The position numbers were made by a program, and so were the translations under genes. The notes under the pieces were generated by a model. It was given only the letters and a program-made list of their open reading frames with translations, ran no database searches and was not told the origin of the DNA. From NCBI GenBank assembly GCA_024137785.1, contig JAHRHZ010000140.1, positions 26,536,303 to 26,600,302 of the forward strand: a DNA stretch of 64,000 bases, given 5' to 3'. This DNA is from Ginglymostoma cirratum. Lineage: Eukaryota. This document shows positions 1 to 13,975 of the stretch, piece by piece. The number at the start of each line of letters is the position of its first letter. Position 1 is the stretch's first letter.

Positions 1-3000
1 AATATTTTAAGTTGCTGAACATTTAGAAATCTTCAATTCTGCAAGAACCACAACTATCCTGCTTGTCGTTTTCAACTTATGCGTACGCCTGTTGACTATG
101 CTCTGTGCTGTCAGTCATGTCTGTGAACATTGTTACAGGGAGGGATAAACTGAAAGTAAATAATAGATTGTGACTGCAGACATTTAAAGAAACACTTCTG
201 TAATACAGTTCTGTCTACACTGAGAATCTGGAGAGTGTCTTCTCTGCACATTACTGATATAGAAAATACAATGTTTATTTTAAGTGCAATTGTTAGAGGT
301 CCTGAAATAAGCTATTGGCTCATCCTTTACATAGTTAGGAGATTAATGCTTGTTTTAGGCAGCCACCAGTGACAATTAAAAAGTATTCCAACTAAAGCTC
401 AGCTAAAGTATTTTCAGGCCTACTTTGGCCACAGAAGGCTGGCCTATGAAAATAGGACATGTGCCATCTGTCTAACCCTTTCGTAGTGAGGGTAATGAGG
501 TTCAATGTCGACTTAGCTGAAAACAAGAAATTAAAAGGATAGAGAAGCAGGAGCGAGTATTTACCTCTGAGTTCCAAGTATGTCAGTGAAGAATAATAAA
601 TGTAGAATGTTTCTATATTGTGGAACCTCTATTTGTTGCACTGAAATTTGATTTGTATTAATATTCCAGTGTAAACAAATAAACTCTACAAGGCCCTGTT
701 GTGTAACTTCCGATCAGAGCGATCGCCAAAAGCAACTATGTAAGCCGTGACACAAATATGGCATAAGTTATATTAAGAAAATTCCAGAGCATTCCATTGG
801 TTGTATAAACTGAAGCTAAATGCTATAATTGTTGGGGTGATCCACGAATCAATTCTAGAATGTTGAACCAACCATCAAAAAAAAATTCACATTAGTGTAT
901 TGTGATTTCTTTCCACAGACAACCTAAATTACTATTCAGTCCTAAAATAATCATGTAAACTGGCGTTCAAACTTTAATGTAATGTAATGTTGTTAGTATC
1001 AATTTTCTAAGATATCTTGTCTGTGTCATAACACAATCTACTGGAACCTTCATTCCTGGATGGTCATTTTTCAAAATGCTGCTTCTTAATGCTGCTTCTT
1101 TTCATGAATCATGTGAAGCAAGATTTATTAAATATAATGCAAAAATACTGAGTAATGGTGAAAATTACAGACATGGGAATTACATTATTTTTATATTAAC
1201 CAGTGGCTGGACCAAGTAAACAATTTGGAACCATCCCGCTCTCTGCAAATCATCTCCATCTATTTATTGTCTGTGTTCTGTCATAGTTGTGAATTATTAC
1301 TGCACTGAAAAGTGAAACAATTATCCAGCTCTTAAGAATATACCATATCAAACAATTAAACAGCCGTTTGTTCTCCAAAGTGTCTCCCATCTATTCATCT
1401 CCGACTTGTACAGGTTTATGTACCAAGTGTGATTGCAGCCATTTGGAACCTTGCCTGAATGTCATTGAGGTGTGATTCAATTACACGATCTTCAGCTGCT
1501 GCCTGCACCAAATTATTTGTCAGCAGTAGTTGATACATCGTAACCAGCAGCATACTTACTGATAAGATCTCCCCATATTGTAGAAAAGGATGCCAGTTGA
1601 TTTAGCTCCAGAACCATTATCTTGTCTGACACCACTTAACTTAGCACAGGCCAAAGGCCAAATGTAGGAACTTCCTGATGTGCACTACACAGCATGACAC
1701 TGTACAGTGCTTCATCACTTAGCGCCAGTCTGCAATTCATATCAGGAAAGACAATCTACTGGGAGTAATGCATTTTGTGATGTTCTGAGAATGTGAAAAC
1801 CTCTATACAAATACAAATCTTTTATATTTTCCCTAACCAAATTATTATTTTCTTTAGGTATATCTTTATGATTTATTATCTATCGGAAAATTAATGCTCC
1901 TTCATATAATGAACCAAGTATCCCTCTACATCCAATATATATCCTCTACACTTTAGAAAATTATTTAAGTGACAGATGTTAGGGATATAACAGATTCATC
2001 ATGAAAACCATGAGATGGTTATTATCCACAAGTGGACCATCATTATAAATTATGATTTACACTCAACAGCTCCACTGAGATATGAATCGTATCCCTTAGA
2101 CTTTAAAAATGCATTTTGTTTCTAACATATGTTAAAAGATTAACTATATGAAGAACAAGAAGAAGTTGATCATGAAAAGAAGTGACAACAGACATACTTA
2201 ATAGTGCATGGTCCCTTGTGGCATAGTCCTTGTGCATCATTTCTCTTGATGTGGTACTTCCTGGCCCAGCCCGACAAGGTTCATGGTTGGCTTTCCAATG
2301 GTGCATTTCCCTGCAGCTTGATTGCTTGAAGGATGGTTGCTAAAAATAGAATTTCTCATTGTGCTGTTCCTCACGGCATTGATCTTTGTGATGTGTTTCC
2401 ATTTGTTACCGTTACTTATGGGACTGATCCACCTGGCATACTTCCTCATGTTATAGTTCCAGTGCAACTAAAGGTAAGCTGAGTCCTGACTACCCAGTTA
2501 TTGTGTGGCATGGATTCAGCATATTTATAATTCAAACTTTCTCCTCTATTTGACATTGGAGTGGAAACTAATTCAAGCAACTTGGATGTGAGGCAACACT
2601 GTCTCACTAATATTTTAAAAATATTTATCAGATATATCAAGTGTGGTGAAAAAGCTTAAGAAGCTAACAGAAGTAAAAGGTAATATTTTGCTAAAATTTG
2701 AGAAGTCATCAATTTGAAACATTATCCCTGTTTTTCTCTTCACTGAGAACATAAAGGAACAGCAGTAGGCCATACAAAGTCTCAAATCTGCTTTGACATT
2801 CAAAACAATCATGGCTGATCTTCAACTGCAGTTCAATGCCAGCTCCTCAAGAGACGAATAAAACTATCTATATCAGCCTTGGATACACTCAACCATGAAA
2901 TTTCTGCAACCCAGGAGGTAGAGAATTCCAAAGCTTGACACCCACTAAGAGAAATTTCTCTGACTCACAGCCTTAAATAATTGATTCTGAGATTGTGTTC

Positions 3001-3589
3001 CTTTGTTCTCCATTTCCCCACCCAGTGAAATACCCTTTGTGTCTACCCTACAAGCCCCTTCACAATCTTGTATATTTTAACATGATCAGTTCTCAGGCAG
3101 AGATACCAAGTGCACGATATGAATTAATGGTTTGAAGATGGTCCCAAGTCCAGTTTTGAGCCAGTCAGCCAAACAGGGATCAAGGTTCGAGTGAGAAAAG
3201 CCCTCGAGTAGGATGAAAAACAGAAAATGGTGCAAGATAATCAGGCTGAAAGGCAAAATAATTCTAAAAGTCTTGTAGTTTCTATTGGGCTTCATAATCA
3301 TTGAACACAGAAAGCAGAAGGCAGAAACAGAGCCACAGAAAAACACTTCGCAAAAGTTTGGGTGTATCCATGGCTAATATAGATAGTTTTTAACGGCAAG
3401 AAAATAGGTCACTTTCACTCTTCTCAGTGAAGAGAAAAGCAGGGATAATGTTTCAAATTTAAAACTAAGAAATTTTAAGCAGCAGCAGTCAAAGCAAGAC
3501 TCATAAGTGTGGAGAAATATCCATTACAGCAAAATAAGTGAGAAAACCCCAATTTCTGATGAGTAAAAGAAAATGAATACGAATACAAG

Positions 3590-4400
3590 CATGGAAAGAC
3601 GTGACATTTGAATTTGCCCTTTCACAAGGATTTAATCACAGACATGGTGGACGCAATTTTTAAGACACAGAATTGTTTATAAATTAGACTGCAAGACTGC
3701 TTAACATGATGGGCTGAAATGCCACTTCTCATGCTGTAAAAATCTCAGACCGTAGCAGGAAAGGTTAGCACACTTCTTTATGTAGTAGGAAGCTTTGCAA
3801 ATAGTGTAATTGCTCACCAAGGAGGTAGTGAAACATCAGACAAATTTGATGAAGTTTTAAAAGCTTTGGATAATCACTTCAGTCTCAGAACTGATAAAAT
3901 TCTGGAACGAGCAAGATTCAATCATAGTTTCAATAATCCTTATGAATCAATAGATGATTTTATTAAAGTTTACCTCTGCAGACTCGATGAGGAATGTGAC
4001 CATGGACATATGAAGGCAGAATTGATTAGAGATGTGACAGAAGAAGACATTGATGATGAGTCTTTGTCAGATCTTTTCTAGTTAAAGGAAGCTTCTCTCT
4101 GGACAAATCCATTCAGTTGGTAAGACTAGCAGAGGTCTAGAAAAGAACTGATTAATCCTCAGAAGAGAAACAACCTGAGCACAGGAAATCTACTGAATCT
4201 ATCCATTTGCTTGAAAACAAAATAGGAAAAGAAACCCAAGAAAAGATTATATGACTGGGTGAACAAGTGTAAATCTCAGAAATCCCCAGCAATGCTGTGG
4301 TACCAAAAACCCTCAAAGGCATGAGCAAAATCTTCCATTAAAACAGAAATTTTTAACGGCAAGAAAATAGGTCATTTTCAGAAAACGTATAAAAGCAGAA
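3590..4400 (+). mobile_element. Decayed Gypsy/Ty3-type LTR retrotransposon gag relic
   Basis: Fragments VSTLLYVVG and LDNHF...ILERARFN...ESIDDFI...EEC...KAELIRD, and a knuckle-like KIGHF at ~4363-4378. Frameshifted. Confidence 0.7.
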
Positions 4401-4559
4401 CACTGGCATTGAAAAACCATAAAAATCAAGTCTTCACACTCAAAATTATTAATAGATATCATAATCCTCATCTGAAGATAATCCAAAAGTCTTCCTCGGT
4501 GAGATCAATGGTCTCGATCAGACATTTTGATATGCAAACATTTCCAACAACAGGCATCT

Positions 4560-5585
4560 TACAGATTTCAAGTAAGACAGAGGAACAAGTGATGCCTCTG
4601 TTACACAACCCTGAATGAGGCAGAGTGTAGCTACAATGCTGTTCATTCTTTGACCAAGACAATGGAACAGAAGAGGACAAGGTTCTGCTGTTTGAATCAG
4701 CCCAGACAGCGTGTGCTGCATAAGTTTAGCAAGCTGTGCTCTGCACAACTGAAGCAGACAGAGAGGGGATATGATGGAGGCTGTGAGCTGGGAGAGGAGC
4801 ACCAGTCTTCCAAGGAGGAGGACAAGGGCATTGAGCACTGCGAACATCACATTTCACATGATAGAGCACAGCAGTGTTACATTTTGCAAGCCAGATAGGA
4901 CTTAATAAACACCCGTTCAGTAGATGACAGCTGGGTGCATTGATCATTAATTGACTGTAAAATTGTTGGTGCTCAACATGCAAGCACTTTGCTTCTGCTT
5001 CAAGTGGCAAATGGAGCTTTTATTGATTTCTCTTTACTCTCAATGTTGATGAATAGAAGTGACTATTTTGAACTATTTGAAGGCTTTCCTATATTGTCAT
5101 GGTGCCACAGTGAATAACAATCAGGTGCTGGGTTATGGTGGCAATAAGTAAAGAGCAACGGTGACTTAGAGTGTTGTGGAGGGGATATGGCTGAGGACAA
5201 GTAAGTTATGTGGTCTGCTGTTCAAACAGCACCGGGTAGGACTGTGCAGTTGTATATGTAAGGAAATGTCAGCCATGCCATGAAAGACTTTGATTGTGAC
5301 TGCCATGCCGCTACATTCATGAAGGGCAACTCTGGACGGTCAGCATTTGACCAGGTTTGTGGTTGCAGTAGCAAACATGCAACAGTTCCAGGGATGCCAG
5401 GAAATCCTGGGATATCCCTGTCGTAGTGAGTACTTCCAGTAACATAAGTGGGAGAATTGGACTAGCCCCAAACAGGGAAGGCTCAGTTGATAGTTAGTGA
5501 GGTTAGTTTGGGATAATCACATGATAAAATTTGCCAGGCAATGTGGAGAGAAGCCCTGAATGAAACTCAAGGAAGATTCAGTCCA
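4560..5585 (+). mobile_element. PIF/Harbinger-like transposase relic
   Basis: Degenerate C-terminal motifs (YNAVHS...EQ...RFCCL, then VLH) resembling HARBI1-type transposases. Boundaries approximate. Confidence 0.4.
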
Positions 5586-5901
5586 TGGTTTAAGAACAGA
5601 TAGTTATGTGATTAATCATTCATCAGGGATTGATTAACTCCGTGGTCCAGGTTATTTAAAGTAGTAAAACACATCCTAAGTGATATAGCAAACCAACTGA
5701 GTTGTGTATGCTGACTGCATATTCAGTCAACCTTGCTGGTTAGCAGAGCTGCAGTCTCTTCAGTACAGGGTTCCTGGGCCTTAAAGCTAAAATCTCTTAA
5801 AGACAAGGGTACACATACAACAGTTGCTAGTAATATCAACGGGAAAGAAAGTCAGACAGCCTATACTGTCTAATCAATTTCACCAACCCCAACCAGCAAC
5901 T

Positions 5902-6130
5902 AAAAACTGAAAGAACTGCAGATGCCGTAAATCAGGAATAAAAATCAGGTAGAAAAACTCAGCAGGTCTGGCAGCATCTGTGAAGAAAAAAATCAGAGCT
6001 AACATTTGGGGTCCAGTGACCCTTCCTCAGAACAGATGAGAAAGGGTCACCAGACTTGAAACGTTAACTGATTTTTCTTCACAAATGCTGCCACACCTGC
6101 TGAGCTTTTCCAGCAACTTCTGTTTTTGTT
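5902..6130. mobile_element. Hammerhead-bearing Penelope-like terminal element, subfamily A, inverted two-arm copy
   Basis: Arms ~5940-6030 and ~6036-6130 are reverse complements, each with a degenerate hammerhead core. Flanking direct repeat CCCAACCAGCAACT at 5888-5901 and 6131-6144. Confidence 0.8.
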
Positions 6131-6400
6131 CCCAACCAGCAACTGTCCAATGTCCTAAAATGTTTTTAATGATCACTATACGTGGAAAATGGCTTGCAAT
6201 GTAACAGTTAGAATACAAATTAAACATTTCTCCCAGAATGTATTGCCAGATGTCACTTATCATAGCAATTCAAATTAATTTGTTTTTTATTGTTAACAAC
6301 TGTTGGAAGTTCTCAGCTGCATAATGAATATGCAACATGATGATTTAATGTTAATGTAACTTAGTCCAAATGTATAATCTCAGACCTAATAAAGGGAGGA

Positions 6401-6507
6401 AGGGTTCTGAGGAAGGGTCACCGGACTCGAAACGTTAACTCTGTTTTCTCCTCCACAGATGCTGCCAGACCTGCTGAGCTTTTCCAGCAACTTTGTTTTT
6501 GTGCCTG
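6401..6507 (+). mobile_element. Hammerhead-bearing element, subfamily A, single arm
   Basis: AGGGTT-CTGAGGA-A-GGGTC-ACCG-GACTC-GAAAC-GTT-AACTCT. Imperfect TSD AAAGGGAGGA (6391-6400) / AAAGGGAAGA (6508-6517). Confidence 0.8.
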
Positions 6508-7379
6508 AAAGGGAAGACTTGGACCACTTCTGTGGGGATACCAAGACATCACTGTCCCACCAACTGAGTAAGTATCACTTTTCTTTCCACTGCAACTCTC
6601 ACATTAATCCCACTGTCAATGTCATTTGCAGCACACCACCTCTAATGACTGTCAGTGATGCCCTCTCTCTCTTCCACCTTACAGGTACCATTGTTCACCA
6701 TCACTGCGGAGAAATGGTCGGATCGCCCTACAGCTTCCTCCTCCATCTTGGGGGCAGAGAACAGAGGCCTAAGAGAAAGCATCAGCCAGACTGTCTCCTG
6801 CACATGCTCAGCGTCAGTCAGGACAGGACCCTGAGGTGTCAACACTGAGGGACAACATCCACATGGACAGGGAGGAACAGGAGCAGCAAACAGTTATATG
6901 GGGTGCAAAAGTCCTTATAGTCCAGAAGCTACAGGCTACGAGGACCCAATTCTCCAGGTTTTTGATGCAGGTGTGAGATTGTGTAGTGCAACACCATACA
7001 GCAAGATGTGCACCCATTGACTGAGGGCTGCTGACTAGCAAGGCAAGAGCCCTGGTTGTTTGATTGAGCTAATAGGCCTGGCCTAATTGCCAGTGCTTCC
7101 TGCAATGCAAGTCTGTGATTCCTAAATGGCCTCTGAGTGGTACCACGATGACTGTGCAGGGCTGATAAATATGGGATACCATTGCTGGTGAAGGAGGAAT
7201 TCATGCTCTGGTGGCCATGTGACCCAAGATGCAGTGTGGTGATGATCAATATGGAGACTCCTCACAGCCAGTAGTGGCTGGTCAGCAAGTTTCCATGTCA
7301 AGATTTTTTAATTTCTAGCTCATTTAGTGTATTTGGTAGCATAAGAATCTGAATATTAAAGAGGTCAATTGTGGCTTAG

Positions 7380-7729
7380 GGAGGCATAGTGGCTGAGTGG
7401 ATAGCATTGCTGTCTCACAGCACGAGGGATCCAAGTTCGATTCCAGCCTCAGGTAATTGTCTGTGTGGAGTTTGTACATTCTCCCCATGTCTGTGTGGGT
7501 TTCCTCCAGGTGCTCTGGTTTCCTCCCACAGTCCAAAGAGTGCAGGTTAGGTGGATTGGCTGTGCTAAATTGCCCAGTGTCCAAGGTGTGCAGTTTGGGT
7601 GGATTGGCCATGGGAATTGAAGGGTTCCAGGGATGGGGTAGAGCTGGGTGGGATGCTCTTCAGAGGGTCAGTGCAGACTCAATGGGTCAAATGGCTTGTT
7701 TCCACACTGGAGGGACTCTATGATTCTAT
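7380..7729 (+). mobile_element. tRNA-derived V-SINE (HE1-like)
   Basis: A box TGGCTGAGTGG, B box GTTCGATTCC, V-domain TGTGTGGAGTTTG...GGGTTTCCTCC...CTCCCACAGTCCAAAG, CR1-like tail ending TCTATGATTCTAT. Confidence 0.88.
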
Positions 7730-8619
7730 CACATTAATAAAGGTGTTTAACAGCAATAATCCATCTTTACTGGCAGCCTGTTACTGCCTAGCAAGAAACA
7801 AGTCTCTCTGTTTGGTAAATATTTAAATGATGTGACAAGTTACTCCCAACATCAACACTGGCCTTGCCACATTTCTTGTTTGGTTCTGTCACACATTTCA
7901 CCGCATCTCACATCACTCAGACCCCTATAAGATTTCACCCTGTACATTACATTTCCAAGTTTCACAAATACCTGTAACTATAGAAGTTCTACTATATGAT
8001 GCCTTAAAGCAAGGAAATTCATTGTAAAATATGCAATAAGGCATGCTGTTGGGGATTACTTAGTTAAGGTTTAAAAATAAATGAATTAAGAAGAGAACAT
8101 AAAAGAGTGAACTTAATTCATCTGCTCACATGATGCTGGGAATTGTAGGCTATTCAGCTTGTTGCTTATTGTTAGGAAAATACACAACAGTAATATAAAG
8201 TATATTATCAGTACTTGTTTAAAGAGCATAAAGCCATAAGAGACAGTTAGCATGTAAAAGCGATAAACCATGCCTCATAAAAATCAATGGAACTCTTGAA
8301 ACGGCAGCTAGTCTACAAAATGGGCATTACCTTGTACATACCTTGAAAAGGCATTGTGATTATGATCTAAATGTGAAGCATTTAAATAAGGTTGAGATCT
8401 ATGCAATAATTGAAGTGAGGTTGATAGCAATTGGTAGCAGGTGATGATAATGAATTGGTAATAGCTGTGTGTAGGGTAGCAACTAAATGTGTCCAACAGA
8501 TTTTCTATGCTCATACGATTTGGATGGGATTTTTTTGTGACTTTCACCATGTGTTCAATTCTCTGTGTCTACATGATGAGATAGCATTAAAAATGTGTGT
8601 GAACATAAAGCAAATAAGT

Positions 8620-9165
8620 TCAGGAACATAGGAATGGGCCATTCAGCCCCTCAAACAATTTATATATTCTTTATAATCATATATATTCTTTATCCCTGAA
8701 AACTATAATACCTTCAATTAAAATCTTCAATTTAAAACTTAACTTATTGTTCTAGCACTGATTGCCATTTGCTGAAGAACTCCCAACCTCTACCAAGGTT
8801 CATGTGCAAGTACATTCTGATTTCATTGCTGATAAGATCAAGCTCCAATTTTTTACAGTATATACCCATTTGCAGATTTCCAAACCAACAGAAATAGTTT
8901 CTTTGTTACCCTTAAAATCTTTAGCAGAATTTGATCAAATCATCCTTTAATTCTGTAAATCCCAAGGAATACGTTTTTATTTTGTGTCTGCTCACATCAT
9001 AAGTTAACCCATGAATTTCAGGTATCATTCTGATTAAATTACACTATACTCCATCCAATGAGTCATTTCTAATGCATGGTGCCTAGAACTGCTCATAATA
9101 TTCCAGATGTGGTAAAACTAGAAACTTGTATAACTGAAGAATGACTTCTACCACCTTGTATATAG
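8620..9165 (-). mobile_element. CR1-type LINE 3' fragment
   Basis: Reverse CR1 tail (GGCCATTCAGCCC) and decayed ORF2 end (CATCTGGAATATTATGAGCAGTTCTAGGCACC on minus). Confidence 0.65.
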
Positions 9166-9169
9166 ACAT

Positions 9170-10745
9170 CAAAGTAGAGGATTGTGAAATTTTATAATAA
9201 ATTATTAGAGAGAGAGAGAGGAACTACTTGCAAGTTTAGCAATCTTAATGATCAATAAATTCACAGGCCCAGATGAAATGTATCCCAGGCTTTTGAGGGA
9301 GGCAAGGGAGGAGATATCAGGGGCTTTAGGGGTAAATTTCTCTGGCCACAGCTAAGAGACCAGAGGGCTGGAGGGTGTTTGTCCCATTATTACAAAAGAG
9401 AGGAAAGCATACACCAGGTAATTAGCCAGTTAGCCTAACCTTAGTGGTATGGAAATTTTCAAAGGGACGGAATGCATCTGCATGTGGAGAGACCTGGATT
9501 GATTAAGAACAGTCAGCATGGACTTGTTAAGTGAAGTTGATGTTTGAAAAATTTGATTAAATTGTTTGAGGAGGCAATGAGGAGCATTTTGATGTGGTTT
9601 ACATGGATCTAAGGAAAGTTTTTGATAAGGTGTAAGACAAGTCAAGAAAATAAGAGCTCATGGGATCCAAGGCAAAGTAGCATACTGGGCTCAAAATTGG
9701 CTGCAAGGCAAGAAACAGAGGGTGATAGTAGTGGGATGGTTCTGTCATTGGCAGTCTGTTTCTGGGGGGTTGGCATTCACAGGGCTTGGTGCTGGGGCTC
9801 TTGCTGTTTGTGGTGCAATAAAATGGATTTAAATGCAATGGTATGATCAAGAAGTTTGTGGGTAATATGAAAATTTGTAGGGTAATAAGTAGTTTGGAAG
9901 GATAGCCGTAAACTGAACGTGTGCATCAATGCATTAGTCAGGTGGGTACAGCAGTGGAAAATGGGAGTCAAACAAGAAAAGTTAGAAGTAATGCACTTGG
10001 GAAGAGCTAACAAAATAAGGGATTACACAATAAATATAGGACTCTGAAAAGTACTGAAATTCAGAGGGAATTTGATGCGCATATGGCACAGATCCCTGAA
10101 GATAGATAGATACGCTGGTTCAAAAGGCATCTGCGATACTTGCCTTTATTAAACAAGGCACAGAATACAAGAACAGGGAGGTTATGTTGAAACCATATAA
10201 AATGATGGTTAGCCAACAACTGCATCCTGTTATGGTCACCACATTATAGGGGGGATGTGACAGAATGAGAGAGAGTGCAGAGGACATTTACTGGGGTGCT
10301 GCATGGGCTGGGGGGTCTGAGATATGAGAAAAAAATTGGATAGGCTGGGGTTATTTTCCTTTGGAAAAAAGAAGGTTGAGAGGGGCTTTGATAGAGGTTT
10401 ATAAGATAATGGGCTGTATAGTGTAGTTAGGAAGGCACGTTCTTCCATTAGAGGGTCAATAATCAGGTGGAATAGATTTAAGATGAGAAGTGGAAGGCTA
10501 AGGAGAGAGCTGAAGAGAAGGTTTTTCACCCCAAGAGTGATAGGAGCTTGGAACTCACTGCCTGAAAGAGTGGTCGAGTCAGAAACCTATGTGACATTTG
10601 ATCAGTATTTAAATAACCACTTGTGTTGTCCTTGCCTCCAAGGTTACGTAGCAAATGCTGGAAAATGGGAATAGTGTAATCAGAGTTTTGTTGATTGGCA
10701 CAGACGCAATAGGCCAAATAGTTTCCTTCTGCGCTCTAGACTGCT
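9170..10745 (+). mobile_element. CR1-type LINE (HER1-like), decayed RT region plus 3' UTR
   Basis: GPDEMYPRLLREAREEI, SQHG-like, and RRFFTPRVIGAWNSLPERVVE motifs; typical tail. Confidence 0.85.
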
Positions 10746-12103
10746 ATGTGTCTAGGAGTATTTGAGAAGTAAATTTAATTTTAAAGTAGGCACATGTGAC
10801 ACAGTGCATTTTGAAATGGCAAACAGGAATTGTATGCACCCACTGAAGGATGGTCCAATGAAAAACAGAAAATGACATGGGTATGATTATTGTCTACTTA
10901 TTGACAGTTAACTGAGTGTTGTTAACAAGATGAATTGAACTTTAGAATTTACCTCCAAGTTATCCCATTTATAAGTTAAAAAGAAATTAATCTAGGGTTT
11001 GTGGAATTCTTTTTGAGATGCCGCATTAAAAATAAAATGTTCATCCACCTCATTTTAATTTGTTATTTCTTCATGGTACAATTAGCATTCCTATTGGGTT
11101 ACATTCAGAAAGCTAGTGGCCCAGGTATATTAGGAGCATAATCAGAGGTACATTTGCTTGTACCTAAACGGGGTTGCACACACACCACCCACTATTCAAA
11201 CGTACACATCCCCACCAAAGGTACTGTAATACTCTAGTGCCTTCAATACATAGACTTCACCATGCGACCTCATTCCAGTTGTAACTGTGCTCTGGTGATG
11301 CCAACTTGTTGTGCAGCACAGAAATAATTTAAAGTTATTGGAAGCTGATGGAGCACGCACAATGTGTCAGACATGCAAACAGTCTAAACAACCCACACAG
11401 CAACGCTAACAATTTATCTTATGGCTGTGTTGATTGATAATGAATTAAGGTGTTAAGGTGTAACTGTAGGCACTTCAGCTAAATGCCATGGATACTTAAA
11501 AATTTCCACTTTCTGTCAGGAATATTGAAAATCAAGTGCTGTGGATTCTTATTTCAATCTACTAAGGACAAGCTAGAAATATAGTAAGAAATCTCAGCTC
11601 CTGTGAAATTATATTTTTAATAAAAATGTTTCATATCAGAAGTATTTGAAATGAACAATAATATTCATTTTGTTCAAAGATTTGTTTGAAACTCTGCTGA
11701 TATTTCACTTCTCTGCTGAATATTTAAATTTTCTATACTGTTTAGATTAACAGCTTGTGGGAAGACATTCGTTTCGTATTAGCTGTGGTAACAGATTTCT
11801 TTTGTCGTTTACTGCACATTCATTAGGTTCACTGTCAGACAACTTACCATTAATTGTTTTTTGAAAAAAATTGAATTTTCATGTATTCCTATGCTAACTA
11901 TTATCGCCCGATGCACTGTTTTCATACATTCTCTTACATGTATACAATTTTTGTACTACATGAAACATTAATGTGATTTTTCTTTCCCCTTTAGTTACCC
12001 CAATTTCCTCATTAGACTCTTTCTCCTTGCTGGATTTGCCTATATACCACTGCCCACAAGATGCAAGTGGAGAAAAACAGTTTAACAGTGAGGGAGAATT
12101 AAT

Positions 12104-12239
12104 CAGCTCTGAAGAGTCATATCGGACTTAAAACGTAACTCTGCTTCTCTCTCCACATATGCTGCCAGACCTGCTGAGTTCCTCCAGTACTTTGTTTTTA
12201 TTTCACATTTTCAGTATCTGCATTATCTTGCTTTCATTA
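12104..12239 (+). mobile_element. Degenerate hammerhead-bearing element (A-like)
   Basis: CTGAAGAGTCATATCGGACTTAAAACGTAACTCTG...GCTGCCAGACCTGCTGAG plus tail. Degenerate flanking repeat TGAGGGAGAATTAAT / TGGGGGAGATTAAT. Confidence 0.65.
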
Positions 12240-12974
12240 TGGGGGAGATTAATGAATTTTTCAGCTTTTGTAGGAACGGAAGCTGATAACTAATAATGGA
12301 ACAGATTAGTCAAAATTAGGTTACTGAGGGAAATTAATTTCAAGTCCGGTCTTCAATATTATTTCTTATTTGTGTAGGCCTCTAAAATGGGATGTCGTAC
12401 CACAGTAACTTAATATAATAGAAAATGTTTATGAGCGTGAAACTAAGAATTTAGGGAATTAGTAGGTATTATAATGTCTTTGAGGGAAAGAGGAATGAAA
12501 GCAAGGTGCAATGATCATGGAACAAATTTCAGAAGATGGGGCAAAATAACCGCTTAACATGTGAGAAATAGTCAACAATTATTTTAACCTTCCAAGATTC
12601 TATGCAAACTCAGACACGTTGGCATAATTAAAATATATTACTATAGTTCAAAAAGTATTGCTGCTGACACACAGCATGTTATGGTGATCGTCTATGAATG
12701 TGTAAGGCATAATTGTAGAAATCACCATCAAATTTCTGAATGTACTCAGATTAATTTCCTCTGCTATTTTAATGGAGGCACTATGCCATTTAAGCTGACA
12801 AACGCTTCTGGTAAATCAACAAAAAAAATTGACATGGATGAAATTTGCACAGCACTAATGGTAATCTAACTTTCAGAAAGGGAAAGTTGCACGACAGCCA
12901 AGTTAGATCTGAATTAGAAAAGCATAATGTTGTGGGCTAATTGATAATTACTATTTCTTTGCTCATTACATTCA

Positions 12975-13304
<330 letters not shown>

Positions 13305-13554
13305 TTATTTTCAATCAGAATTTAGTCAAATACATTATGCAGAATAAGAGACGTGCAGCTCTCATTAACTCCTGATATCCTGAGTGCATATTTTTGCAAA
13401 TACTTGAAACGTACTCCAAGGATTTGGATAAGCTAAATTGTCATTAAACTTCACACATTCCCACATCTTTCTCCCCCCAATTCCTACAACAGAAACAAAT
13501 GTTTGCGCCTTGCCTTTGACTGATTTCATGCATAATTCATTATTAGCACCCTTT

Positions 13555-13975
13555 TTGAGAATAGTTGGATAGGCTGGGCTTGGTTCTGCTGGAGTTTAAA
13601 AGAGTGAGGGGTGATTTGATTGAAGAGTTTCAAATCGTGAATGGTCTTGACAACATGGATGCGGAAAGGACGTATCCTTTTGTGGGCAAGTCCAGAATTA
13701 AGGATTCTGTTTTAAAATTAGGGACTTGCCTTTTAGGACAGAGATAAAGATTTTTTTTGCCTCCAAGGGATTTGTGTGACTTTGAAATTCTCTGTCTCAG
13801 AAAGTGTCAGAGGTGATGTTATTGAATATTTTTAAGGGAGGATAGGTTATTGTTAGGCAAGGGAATTGAAAGTTATTAGGGGAGATGGGAATGTGGAATT
13901 TGGAACACAAACAGATCAGCCATGATCTTATTTAATGTTCAAGCAGGCCTGAAGGGCCAAAGGCTTACTTCTAGT
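13555..13975 (+). mobile_element. CR1-type LINE 3' fragment
   Basis: LDRLGLVLLEFKRVRGDLIE motif and tail GATCAGCCATGATC...GAAGGGCCAAAGGC. Confidence 0.85.

Noticed and set aside
1400-1810. Very old SINE remnants
   Set aside because: Only a short L2-like tail and a possible tRNA-like head were visible; too degenerate to delimit.
6520-7320. ORFs 6459-6848 and 6929-7249 as a gene
   Set aside because: The first starts inside the hammerhead element. The region looks like decayed transposon sequence with no family assignment I can support.
7380-7450. tRNA gene (A and B boxes)
   Set aside because: Runs straight into a V-domain and LINE tail and has related copies at 19811 and 61531, so it is a SINE head.
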